This document shows positions 27,137-39,033 of a stretch of DNA of 64,000 bases, in pieces (the first letter of the stretch is position 1; each line of letters opens with the position of its first letter). The translations under genes and the position numbers were made by a program. The DNA is from Oculina patagonica. Lineage: Eukaryota. The stretch lies in NCBI RefSeq assembly GCF_052425735.1, contig NC_135763.1, positions 27,590,001-27,654,000 of the forward strand, read 5' to 3'. Under the pieces are notes generated by a model. That model made no database searches, was not told the DNA's origin, and saw only the letters and a program-made list of their open reading frames with translations.

Positions 27137-27749
27137 TATATAACTGTTCTATGCTTGGAATCGTTTTCTTACCAAAACGTGTCGGTAGATGTAACCTTGT
27201 TTGTCCACAAAATTGCTGCTGGAGGCTTGCAAATGGGTGCGATTGTTTAAATCACACGATGGTGTATCGCTATCTATTGGGCCGTAGTTGTAAGACACGC
27301 GGTTGGAGTCTTGATAGCAGCGTAACTCACATGTTATTTGGCTATGAACTTTCATGCTTCTAATCATGTGTTTTTCGAGAAACTTGTCCTTTGTTTCTGG
27401 TTTGAATTGAATGGTTCTGCAGTCATCTGAAAAAGCTATAGTTTTTGACACACAAATATTATTATCATTGAGTGTCTAAGTAAATTTGAGCAGCTGTTGA
27501 AAAATATCATTGATGTCTGCACAGTAAATGTATTGTTTGAATGTACAATATTGATTAAAACACAAATTACCAAAATACATAAACACATAAACACAGAGTC
27601 AAAAATTTACGATATTCCAAAGTGTTTTGTTCGTTTTTGGAAGATTTTCAAACATTAATGAACAGCAACCGCAAATTCGTGTTCGTAGTCATTTATCAAC
27701 GAGATTCGTAATTTATAGCCACAGTTTCCGAGTTCGATATTTGTTTTTT

Positions 27750-29070
27750 GAGTCTAATGCTTGCGTGCGCTTTGCGCATGCGCATTAGACTCTTTGTTAT
27801 ATGAAAAAGCTGTTAGCAATCCCAAGGGAATGGTTCGGGATCGATAATCGTTCGCTGTAATGTAGAAAACAATGATCAGCTGCAAGAACGGACTCCGTAC
27901 GGACACGCACGATTAGTTTCAATTAAAAACAGCCAATCAGCGACACGTGTTCCCACGCATAATTAAAAGTTCTTTCTCAAGTCACGATTATTCAACACTT
28001 GAACAGGACGTAATAATTTTCCAGTTAAGACATTTGTAAGCTTTTTGTGAAAATAAATCTTCGTTTTCAGTTCAGTTAAGCACTTGTGTTTTCGTCTTGC
28101 TTAAAAAGCAAGACGTCTTTGAGAAAAAATATTTCGACGGCGACTCGCGTTTATTTACACAATGCGACCAAATATTTATTTTGTTTTAAAAAATAGAAAA
28201 CTTTACCTCGTATTTTGTATTTAAGTCATTCGAATTTTGACCAATTTTTTCTTTACGGTGCAAACAAAAACCTTCAAAAATAAAAGATGTACATGGATAA
28301 ATGTAAATCAAGTTACGCGACTAAATCAAAATGCGTTTGTTTGGCCGCTTTGCAGTATTACACTGTCCCGGCCTTTGCCATACACTGAAATCGAATTTCA
28401 TGCTTTTACGACTCTCACGAGATCTTAAGTTCTTCTTACAGCTAGAAAAATCATAAAATGGTTACATTGATATGGAAGTGATGATTCGCAAAATTTGTAC
28501 ATCATGATAAACAGTCTTCGCTCCTGTGTATGGTAGCTCGATAATAATTGCCTAGTTTCCAGCGTTCAAAAGGTCATCATTATATTGACGTGAGCATTTA
28601 CACCCGTTTTTAGGAAAATCTGTCACTAAGTGCTTACAGTACAATGAAGTTACAGTCACTATTTCAAGTGCTTTTATTGCAAAATCTGTTTCAAGAGTCA
28701 TCATCAAAATGGTGAAAAATCTGAAAGAAAACGATGTGAAGTTCTTCAACCCTTGTTGTAATGAACATGCTTTTTGTAAATCGTCACGCAATCTTGTCCA
28801 AATGTTTAATCGTTTCTGCTTTTACGGACAATACGGAAGAAGTAACATCAACTCCTGTTCATACTTTAAATTTTGTGAAGCATATAACATTTATGACTGT
28901 TTCGTTTTCATCCATAATCATCCACGATGCCCCTAGCTTGCTATAAGCATTTTAAATTAAACTCCCGAACACAAACCTCTAACCAATTTTAACCGGCTTA
29001 CGAAAACCGCGCAATCTGTATCACTATGCCATACGGCATTAGACTCATGTCACCCTTGGTGACCTATTTT
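27750..29070 (+). mobile_element. HINE family 1, copy 1 (complete, ~1.3 kb)
   Basis: T-run, then 5' subTIR GAGTCTAATGC with its inverted partner GCATTAGACTC; 3' subTIR GCATTAGACTC, then GTCACC-CTT-GGTGAC hairpin and T-run. No TSD. Confidence 0.8.
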
Positions 29071-29610
29071 CTATCTTTTGTTGTTGTTTTCATTATTCCC
29101 TTAATTATATAAACCTTCTTGTACATTTATAATTTTAAACTTTATCTAGCTAGTATATATGCATCTTGCATATTTTTTTTTCACGATTATGCACATATAT
29201 CATTGTCATATGTTCCATAATTAAACCAAAAGGTGAATATTGAATGCATTTTCACTCAGCTCACTTAAATTGTGAAAGAAATAACGAAATCATGCCTAAA
29301 GTACAACCGGTTGAAGTGAGTTAATACGTACATTAAAGCAAACACGAGGAAGATACAGCAATTTCAGTTATTTTTACATCATTTTATTTTAACGCCTTCA
29401 TTGAAAAACTTTATTAAAAATTTTAGTTTTCTTTATAAACAACTTTGAACAAAATAAAAAAAATAAAGAGATTGGGATAGCGAGAACTTTCAAGGCCAAG
29501 CTAAAAAAAAAATAGTTTTTTTTATGAACAACTTTGAACAAAATAAACAGAATAAAGATAAAGTAAATTGACAACATATCAGGATAAGATGGGAAAGCAA
29601 TAACTTAAAA

Positions 29611-31450
29611 AAATAGGTCACCAAGGGTGACATGAGTCTAATGCCGTATGGCATAGTGATACAGATTGCGCGGTTTTCGTAAGCCGGTTAAAATTGGTTA
29701 GAGGTTTGTGTTCGGGAGTTTAATTTAAAATGCTTATAGCAAGCTAGGGGCATCGTGGATGATTATGGATGAAAACGAAACAGTCATAAATGTTATATGC
29801 TTCACAAAATTTAAAGTATGAACAGGAGTTGATGTTACTTCTTCCGTATTGTCCGTAAAAGCAGAAACGATTAAACATTTGGACAAGATTGCGTGACGAT
29901 TTACAAAAAGCATGTTCATTACAACAAGGGTTGAAGAACTTCACATCGTTTTCTTTCAGATTTTTCACCATTTTGATGATGACTCTTGAAACAGATTTTG
30001 CAATAAAAGCACTTGAAATAGTGACTGTTACTCCATTGTACTGCAAGCACTTAGTGACAGATTTTCCTAAAAACGGGAGTAAATGCTCACGTCAATATAA
30101 TGATGACCTTTTGAACGCTGGAAACTAGGCAATTATTATCGAGCTTTTTTCGATAGATATTTTATCTTTTAGAAGGGCTAGAAAGGTTTCGAAGTGGTAG
30201 TGTTGTTCATCTCTCGAGGCAGTGTAGATATAATATTTAGCAATGAGTACTCGAAAAAAGTAGCTCAAAGTCTCAAATTCAACTCTAAGGCTTTTTTTTA
30301 GGTGAAATTTTGTAAGGCACTTTATTTTATCTATTTATTTTATTTTATTATTATCTTTCTGCTTCCTTTTGTCCGTAATTAGTCTTTGTACTCGTCACGA
30401 AGTTTTTTTGTTTACCTCGCTTTTTCTGTTTTGTCTACTTATTCTCCTTAAATGTATAGCTTTTGCATCTGTAAATAATGTAATGTTTGAAAGGACAGGA
30501 ATTTAAGCTGATAAAGAATTAACATAAGCAAGCACTGTAAATAAGTACCGTATTGTTTTTAAAGCTCAGACACATTGTACATGTATGTAGCTGTTTTTTT
30601 TTTTCTTTTTTTGTTTGCAATAAACTATTAAAAAAAAAAAAAAAAAAAAAAATTATTATCGAGCTACCATACACAGGAGCGAAGACTGTTTATCATGATG
30701 TACAAATTTCGCGAATCATCACTTCCATATCAATGTAACCATTTTATGATTTTTCTAGCTGTAAGAAGAACTTAAGATCTCTGAGAGTCGTAAAAGCATG
30801 AAATTCGATTTCAGTGTATGGCAAAGGTCGGGACAGTGTAATACTGCAAAGCGGCCAAACAAACGCATTTTGATTTAGTCGCGTAACTTGATTTACATTT
30901 ATCCATGTACATCTTTTATTTTTGAAGGTTTTTGTTTGCACTGTAAAGAAAAAATTGGTCAAAATTCGAATGACTTAAATACAAAAACCGAGGTAAATTT
31001 TTCTATTTTTTAAAACAAAATAAATATTTGGTCGCATTGTGTAAATAAACGCGAGTCGCCGTCGAAATATTTTTTCTCAAAGACGTCTTGCTTTTTAAGC
31101 AAGACGAAAACACAAGTGCTTAACTGAACTGAAAACGAAGATTTATTTTCACAAAAAGCTTACAAATGTCTTAACTGGAAAATTATTACGTCCTGTTCAA
31201 GTGTTGAATAATCGTGACTTGAGAAAGAACTTTTAATTATGCGTGGGAACACGTGTCGCTGATTGGCTGTTTTTAATTGAAACTAATCGTGCGTGTCCGT
31301 ACGGAGTCCGTTCTTGCAGCTGATCATTGTTTTCTACATTACAGCGAACGATTATCGATCCCGAACCATTCCCTTGGGATTGCTAACAGCTTTTTTCATA
31401 TAACAAAGAGTCTAATGCGCATGCGCAAAGCGCACGCAAGCATTAGACTC
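29611..31450 (-). mobile_element. HINE family 1, copy 2 (complete, inverted relative to copy 1, with nested L1 fragment)
   Basis: Near-identical reverse complement of 27750-29070 with the same termini; interrupted at 30146-30650. Confidence 0.8.
30146..30650 (+). mobile_element. 5'-truncated, 5'-inverted L1/Tx1-type non-LTR retrotransposon fragment
   Basis: 15-bp TSD AATTATTATCGAGCT (30131-30145 and 30651-30665), AATAAA plus ~24-nt poly(A). The reverse complement of 30146-30250 encodes VLIAKYYIYTASRDEQHYHFETFLALLKDKISIEK (ORF2 C-terminus-like), continuing forward from 30251. Confidence 0.8.
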
Positions 31451-33700
31451 AAAAAAAGGTTTAAAAATCGACAACTCGTTTTATACCGGTAAACGGTGAA
31501 GAAATTAACACTGAATTTGTCGCTTTCTGTGCCTTATTAAAAGCCAGGGCCGTATCTAGCAAGAGGCAAGGCGAGGCACTTGCCTCGTCTAGATTTTTAC
31601 CCAAAATTAAAATTCGCTCTAACAATCAAGAGAAACAGCGCATTTCATTTTAACATTGGCATCTTCTCCCAAAATAATATTTGACATCAAAGCTGTTTTA
31701 GGAGCAGATGAATAGAGAGGATAAAGACCTTTAAAAGACGTTGATAATAAAAAGTTCAATATTTTTTGCCACCTACGTACAGTAATCACCTGTCAGGTTT
31801 TAACGATAAATAATTAACAAAGAAAATTAATGACCCCACGTTATTTAACAAAACACTTTGACACTTTGCTAACGTTCAGTCCAACTAAAGCCCTTCTACA
31901 CACATCCGGATAAATTCATTCAAAAACGAAGTTTTTAGCTTGAAAAACGGTAAAATGGTTTCTGGCCATACTATTCTGGATAAATTTGAAAAAAGATACT
32001 CTACATCGTACGCAACGTTGCAACGCACGAACAGAGCTATTGTGATGCTAATTATATTAAACCTTTGTCGCTGACGTAAGCGGTTTCGAATAGCTCCGTT
32101 TTCACCGTCCACACTACACCACCTTGCCGGCGTTTTCAGATTTGTAAATTTTAAGATTTTTTTTTCAAAAAGCTCCGTTTGCGGTGACCAAAAACGCCGT
32201 TTTAGAGTGGACAATTGGCTTATCAGAAGAAACAATGATGCGCTTTCAAATTAACCCAGGATAACGTTAGTGTGGACGGAAAATAAACATTAATATCGAG
32301 TAATAAAAACAATGCTTTCTTGTAGACCAATTAAAATATTTAATGCAGACCAAATAATTGAGGATTTTTGCGAAATATGAAATAGATAAGTGCCTTTTTT
32401 GTTTGTTTGCAATTATTTCCGGCTTGTCACAAGTCGTTTTGGAATAAGATACAACTTTCAAATCCAAACTATAAATGGGTCGAATTCCCGCAGATGAATA
32501 AGGGGATTAATAAATACTGAGAACAATATTCGATGATTCAAGACGTAACTAAAATGTGTGGGGTCATTGGGAAAAGAAAATTGGCTGGCTTTGAAGGTCA
32601 CTGCAAGGTCATTTTTTCTGGAACTCAGTAAGCGTTCAAACTCATGCTAACTTTGCAGTCCAGATGTTGCTTTAATCCAAATAAATACAAATCAGGGCCT
32701 TAATCGCCCTTTTCGACCAAAATAAGAAAAATGTGAGACTTCTTAAAGGCCTAGGCTCACCCATGCAGCGTTCTTGAAAACATTTTAAATTGGCTACGAT
32801 AATTATGTGCACGCAAATGTGGAGACGATCTGACTCAATAAATGCGAAAGTGTGCCATATGAAAATAAATTAACACTAGAAAAAAAAATATTGCTCTTGG
32901 TAAGTATTTATATGTTAGCAGCCCGAACGTGACGTTTTGAAGAGTAAGTGAAACTGTTAATAATAACCAGTTAGATTTATTTTGTTTGGAAAGTCCGCAT
33001 GGAAGTCTTAGCAGGGCTTTATAAGTTGATTGAATTTCGGGGTACAACGTTAAATCGAGAGCGTATGGATAACAATAACGGAAATAAATAAAAGTTTCCA
33101 ACACTTTTAGCAGATTTTTTTTACACTCATGGCTTTCCAAGGTAAGTCGGCATGTTCTAAACTCTCTAATACCGCAAATTACAAACAGCAAAACAAAGGC
33201 GTGACAATAAATTATTTATAAAATAAACTTTGACCAAAAATCATAGATTAGCCAAATACTTCCCACTCTTTTAAATGAATATTATAAGACCCTTGAACGC
33301 ATTTTTTTCGCTGTCTATATTGCCATTTTAATTACATCATGAAATGTTAAAATTTGAAACTTAAGTGTAGCTTTACTTCAAAAGTCATAGATAAACTTAG
33401 CTTCACTCCATTGTTTTGTTGTTGCTTTCAATGCATTGTACACAGAATAAATAATCAATAGTCCACAGCTGGCGCGAAGATATGAACTGATATTTGTCCG
33501 CGGACGTTATTTGTGTCAAAAAGCGAATCTTCAAGGAACAGATAATTTCCAAGGACAAATATCAGTGCATATTTTTGAAGCCAAATGGAGGCTATCGTGT
33601 CTATTATCCTTCAAATATTTTTACGCAAGGCTGCTCGTTTTGGGAGACCTTTTCTTCAAAGGTTTTTAAAGAAAAAGAAAGAAATTCTTTCGGAATTCAA
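31451..33700. repeat. Segmentally duplicated class II leader/upstream block (paralogs ~40740-42780, ~47470-48530 plus ~52620-53550, ~57550-58700)
   Basis: Collinear shared motifs, e.g. TTTTGCCACCTA, GAAATATGAAA, TATAAATGG..GAATTC, ATTGGCTGGCTTTGAA, CTAGGCTCAC, AGCAAAACAAAGGCGTG (not every motif in every copy). Confidence 0.75.
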
Positions 33701-34241
33701 AACATTATAGCCTGCTCACAATGTTCAATTATATTCGATTTTTAAAACTATTTACGTGGAATGATAACTTAACGTGCAAACGTAAATCGCAAATTTTGAA
33801 AACTGGTAAATATCACTTAGGGGTAAAATATTTGATGTATTTTAACAGTGAATATGTAACAGTGACTTAAGGGGAGGGTTGGTTTGTATTAGTAACAAAC
33901 AGACAATGGGAAGGTCCCTTTTCTTCTTGAAGATATCACAACCATCGTACCTGGTTTGTTGTCCACAAAGTCACGGCAATGTTCACAGCTGAAAAGAGTG
34001 TCAGAGAATTGTATCGCGTTTGGTCTCAGGCTTTGAATTTTTCATGGTCTACACTACTCATTCTAGAAATGCACACGTTCACAAATCAGTTATGGTAAAG
34101 TCTGATTTTGAATGTAAAGGTACACATATAGATCATGCGATTTAATGATATTTTAATATTATTAAAATACCTAAAGAACTGAGTGAAAAAAAATCGATTC
34201 TAAGTTTTGATCCACGATGCAAACACAGCAATATTCCTTGA

Positions 34242-34839
34242 CCCGTTCATTTGCGAATGTTTCCCAAAAAACGCGGTTTAACCTTGAAAGTGATTTTTTC
34301 GTGCTTTTATCTTGAATTTACCTAAACTTTTCTAGAAAAGCACTTTTCCCACTGCAGGAACATTTTGATAAAGATTTCATGTAAAAAATGTATAATATTT
34401 CACTTTGTTGCATGCGCATAAGCCAAAATTTGGATTTTTTTTGCTGAACCGCTCCGATTTCTCTTTATCGCTCCTTTTCCTTTCGTTGTTTTTGGGTTTC
34501 TTATTCTCGTTACTTTCTACTCTTCATATCATTTCTTTTGGCCGAACAAGTTTGGAGTAATCATTAGAAAACCCTGAAAAGGGGACCTTGATCAATTACA
34601 GGTGTATTGGCCTGTTTAAGCACCGAGTTTGCACCAAAAACAAATCGTGTTTTTCTTGGATTAGCTCTGTCAGAATGCAACCGATATTCAAAATGAACAA
34701 CCCTGTGAAAAGGTCATTCTTAGCTCTCTCAGCTGCTGATCATAAAAATCCACTGATGTGCTTGTTGATGACGTCACTGGTGGTTAAATGACCGCGCCTC
34801 CAAGAAGCGCTTAAAAATGCGTGTTTGCAGATGAAAGGG
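34242..34839. mobile_element. piggyBac-like MITE (degenerate)
   Basis: TTGA|CCCGTTCATTTGCGAA ... TTTGCAGATGAAAGGG|TTAA. Confidence 0.55.
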
Positions 34840-35259
34840 TTAAGCAAAAATACCCAATATCGCTTCCAAAAAAAATTATGCTCGTTTCAGATTGCTTTTG
34901 GTCCGTAAATCGGATTTAAATAGAAAAAACATAATTATAAAGAAGGAAATTGTCCTTTTCAATTAACATCAAAGTTTATTTGAAACTTTTCATACATTGT
35001 TGTTTGATACGTCTAACAGCAATTTAATGCAACCTTTGTGACACATTTAAAACATAGAAACTCCAAAAAAATATACAACAAGTTAAGCAATCCCGGAAGC
35101 TACATTATGGGACATTAAAGCCCGAAGATGAAAATTTCTCCAAAAATGTATACTTGTCCAAACGGCTAGCCAAAGGCTGTATATTATCCGATCAAGTAGA
35201 CTAGAGGTCCAGTTATACTTAGTAGAGCTACAATCCAATTTACTCAGTTTACTTTACTT

Positions 35260-35398
35260 CGGAAGAAAACTTCTCACAGATATTTCCAAGTGATTAATCA
35301 TACCGAAAATCATTACACCTCCATCATAAACATTAATGGTAAAGCCTCCTATCTAAAACGATCCCCTTGCTATATGGCCACTACTTTGATAAACAATG
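35260..35398 (-). pseudogene. Degenerate copy of the CTLD 3' third, downstream of locus E
   Basis: Homologous to 24572-24720 and 44193-44336 (GGCCATATAG..AAGG..AATGATTTT..GAAGTTTTCT). Confidence 0.7.
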
Positions 35399-35449
35399 CA
35401 AGTGCATTATACACTTACTTATACTATAAACGATACCCTGACCTTTCAC

Positions 35450-38400
35450 CTAAGGAGAAACCTTCTCGCAAACATACCCCAGTGCGAAATAGCATTCTAA
35501 ATCATTCCACTCTCCATTAAAACGCTTAATGTAATGGTCTCCCAGCTGAAAAGACCCCTTTGATATATGGACACAATTTTGATTGCCGCCCAAGTTGTTG
35601 GGATTATTACCAGCCCAGTTGGTGTAGTTTGCCAATAAGCTGCCATCCGTCCACATCCACTTGCCTTCCTCTACCTGGTCAGTCAGTCCGATCCAGTACG
35701 TCACTGCAGATGCTGTTAGGAAGGTCTTGATCAAGAAATCGTTCTCATCTGCTGATTCAACCTTTACCAGTTCTGCTCCAAGACTCTTACACTTTGCTGC
35801 TGCATTGTTCCAGGTCTCGGGCTCAGTGAATAATTTGTAACATGAACCACAAAGGGACCCTCTACCGGGAATGAAATCTAAAGAAAGAAATTGATATTCG
35901 CATCTTCGTCACAATATAGACGGAGCATTCAAGTTCACAAATGTCAATTTTTTTTAACCCTCGGACGTACAAGCAAACTCACACTCCCACCATCGTACAA
36001 GGGGTGGGGGGGGGGGATTAAGAAAAATGTAAAAAAATGATGATTTTTGGCAAGACCTGCTTGTATTTGTAACGTTATCATGGCAACGTCAAATGCCATG
36101 GACACATGGTTGACATATCAAAATTTCTGTAAAGGATGAATGAACAGCTACTGAAAGTTTTAGCATTGTAGAGTAAATCCTTTTTTCAACATTTGGAAAA
36201 AGCCTAATTTGGGGGGGGGGGTGGTATCCACCCCCCTTGTACGTCCGAGGGTAAATAAATGTCTATTATTATATGTCTACAATAGTACGCGTGCTCTGAT
36301 TGGCTGCTGAGCGGGCATTATTTTCTTGTAATGACCGGGCATTATGAAACTTTTTCTCAGCTCGACGGTTTTTTGAGTTGTGAGTAGAAGCTACTAGCGA
36401 GGGGGCAGAAAACAACAAAAAATGCCGACAAAATATAACTATCTTTTCAATAACTGAAAGAAAAATATAAGCATACCGATACCTATTTAGTATGAGCGAG
36501 AAGAGAGCCACAGAGAGCGAGTTTTACCTCCAGTGTTTTTTCCCTTGATTATACTCTTTTTTTTTTTTTTTGAATAGTGCTTATAGGCCATATAATAAAT
36601 AACTTATTAACCTCGTCCGTTCGGCCATTACAGGGGAATCTCAGACCTCGACCTTGATGTATTGACCTCGCTGTCGCTCGGTCAATACATTACGGCCTCG
36701 GTCTGAGATTCCCCTGTAATGACCTCACTCTCGGTTAATAAGTAGTACATATTTCTTCAATTTAGATATTCCTGTATTTATTCAGTTATCAAAGTACTAC
36801 GTATGCTTTCATTCTTTCCTGGATTAAAAGACCACGTGGATAAGTCCAAGTTCGTGTTCTTTATGCAAACATTGATGTTCATCTAGATTTCTAAATAGGT
36901 TTAGGTAATTTCATTTTCAATATATCACTTAACGATATTTCGAAGCATATTAAGAAAGCTAAAACTGACTATCCGATAATGACCATTAATTCCACCATCA
37001 ACAAATTTATCAAGAACCTTTCCGCCGATGTACGTGAAAACCAAGTGGAAGGCGGCCGTGCCTTGCGAGTTAGTCTCCCCTTCAAGGACCAGACATCAGC
37101 TAACGCGGTTAGAAGGCAAATGCGTGATCTCAGTCACAAGATTGGCACAAGCCTACGACCAGTATTCATTAGCAAGAAATTGGAACAGGATCTCAAGCCC
37201 AAAAAAAATTAAGCCTCCGATCGTAAATCAACAATACGTGGTTTATTTATTTTCATGTGATCTGTGCGATGCAGATTATGTCGGCTTCACAGCGTGACAC
37301 CTTCACCAACGTATTGCTGAACACAAAAACTCGGCGATTGGAAAACACCTTTTGGAAGCCCACGGGGACAAAAGCCTTCTCAACGAAACCCAGTTCCGAA
37401 TTCTCCGAAAGTGCCAAGTGAAATTTGATTGCCTCGTCTAGGAGATGCTTTGCATAAAGGAACGGAATCCGAGCTTGAACACGCAAACGGACTCCATCCC
37501 AATCTCGAGCCCAGAGTCCATCTATGTCGGTCAGCGGTACGGGACGGACTGAGACGGACGGACTCCATCCGTGCGAAACTTTTTGTTTAATTTAAACATT
37601 TCAACACATCAATTGTTTTTACTTACTATTTATACATTTTTTTATCAACTTTCATTTTGACTTGATAATGACGTGAGCCTAACGTCGAAACGTCGTCGTT
37701 TTTAACAAACTTTTTAGCTTTCTTTATATGCTTCGAAATATTTTATCGCAAATTTTTATCGTTAAGTGTTTAGAAAAATCGCTTCTTATTCGAATATATC
37801 ACGTATTATTTTTTTTTATCATTTAGTCCTTATTATCATTTATTACTTACACATAATTTATTACTTTACCTTCGATAAATAATTGCTTTCGTAATACGTT
37901 TTTTTTCTGAATACAAAAGAAAAACCACCTTTTTCCTACGGGAAAACTAGTAAATACCTTCACTACACTGCTCCCCTCTATACCCCTCACGGCAGTCGCA
38001 TCTAAAGCCCCTTTCAGTGAACCCAACTTGGCATATAGCGTACTTCCCAGGACAAGGGTTGCCATGACAAAAATTCTAAATAAAAAAAGAAAAATAGAAT
38101 TTAACTCTTTCGGTGCTGACTTTTCTGTTGACCTTACTCCCCCGCAGTGCTGCATTTTTTTCACAGTGCGTTGAACCAAACAGTCACGCATCATATTCAA
38201 CAATATCTTTCGTTCTGTTTAAGCAATTTAATTACGATTTTCAGGAGTTGTGCCTAGCATAATTCTACATTGTATTAAGCCACCTTTTCATAAATTCATT
38301 GCATCGTGGTCCTTTCAGCAATTTCGTTCGCCATCAGATAGCTTCCTTCCCAAGCGTGAAGGTTGAAATCATTGTTTTGCAATAGCCGCGTCTCAAATAC

Positions 38401-39001
38401 TCAATCTGTTCATTGAAATCGCTTGATTCGTAAACCACAACTGTTATATTCTCGGCAAAAGTCGGCTAGGATCTTCTCCGAAGCACTCCTCGATTGAAAA
38501 TTTCTCATTCGACGCCATGTTTAAATGTTCTTTAGCCGTAAACAGCAACATTGTAACAGGAATTTGTCGATAATACTCCGCCATCATATACAAATGGCAA
38601 ACGATCGTGCTTGTCACGCTTTCCAGTTCTCCTAGAGGGTATCTGAAGTAATTATTGATCATAGCGCCCCTATTGAAGGCAGTTTCGAAAGGAAATCTGG
38701 GATTGTTTATCATGTCGAGAAAACTCGACATCCGCACTCAGAGTCACGAAATGAGATGTCGAGTTTTCTCGACAACTGCACCGAAAGAGTAACAACGTTA
38801 TGGACTTTCTTTTTCATATTTTCTTTTTTACAATACTCGTTTGTAGGAACAGTTTAGAGAAAAAATTCGCTTATCCGTGTCATGGATTTTTTTCCACGTT
38901 AGGCAATGCTTTAGAGGGTTATGTAACACGTCTCTCACGTTAGGAATGTGTTCTCTAAATTTGCGAGCTGAAGCCATGATACAGTCATAATTAGGTTTTA
39001 T

Positions 39002-39033
<32 letters not shown>

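Larger units (their letters stand above)
24836..31662 (-). pseudogene. Locus D: PAN(II)-short EGF-C-type lectin pseudogene
   Basis: Leader exon ~31612-31662 reads MPMLK* and its donor is overwritten by a repeat end. PAN 27173-27426 has NCVS changed to NRVS. EGF 25439-25520 is intact. CTLD 24836-25267 (QPN motif) has a 4-nt ATGG duplication at 24977-24984 causing a frameshift. Confidence 0.85.

Noticed and set aside
29071-29610. Spacer as an inverted segment or cargo of a composite/foldback transposon
   Set aside because: It is collinear with, and in the same orientation as, intron 1 of paralog F, and each arm has its own complete HINE termini.
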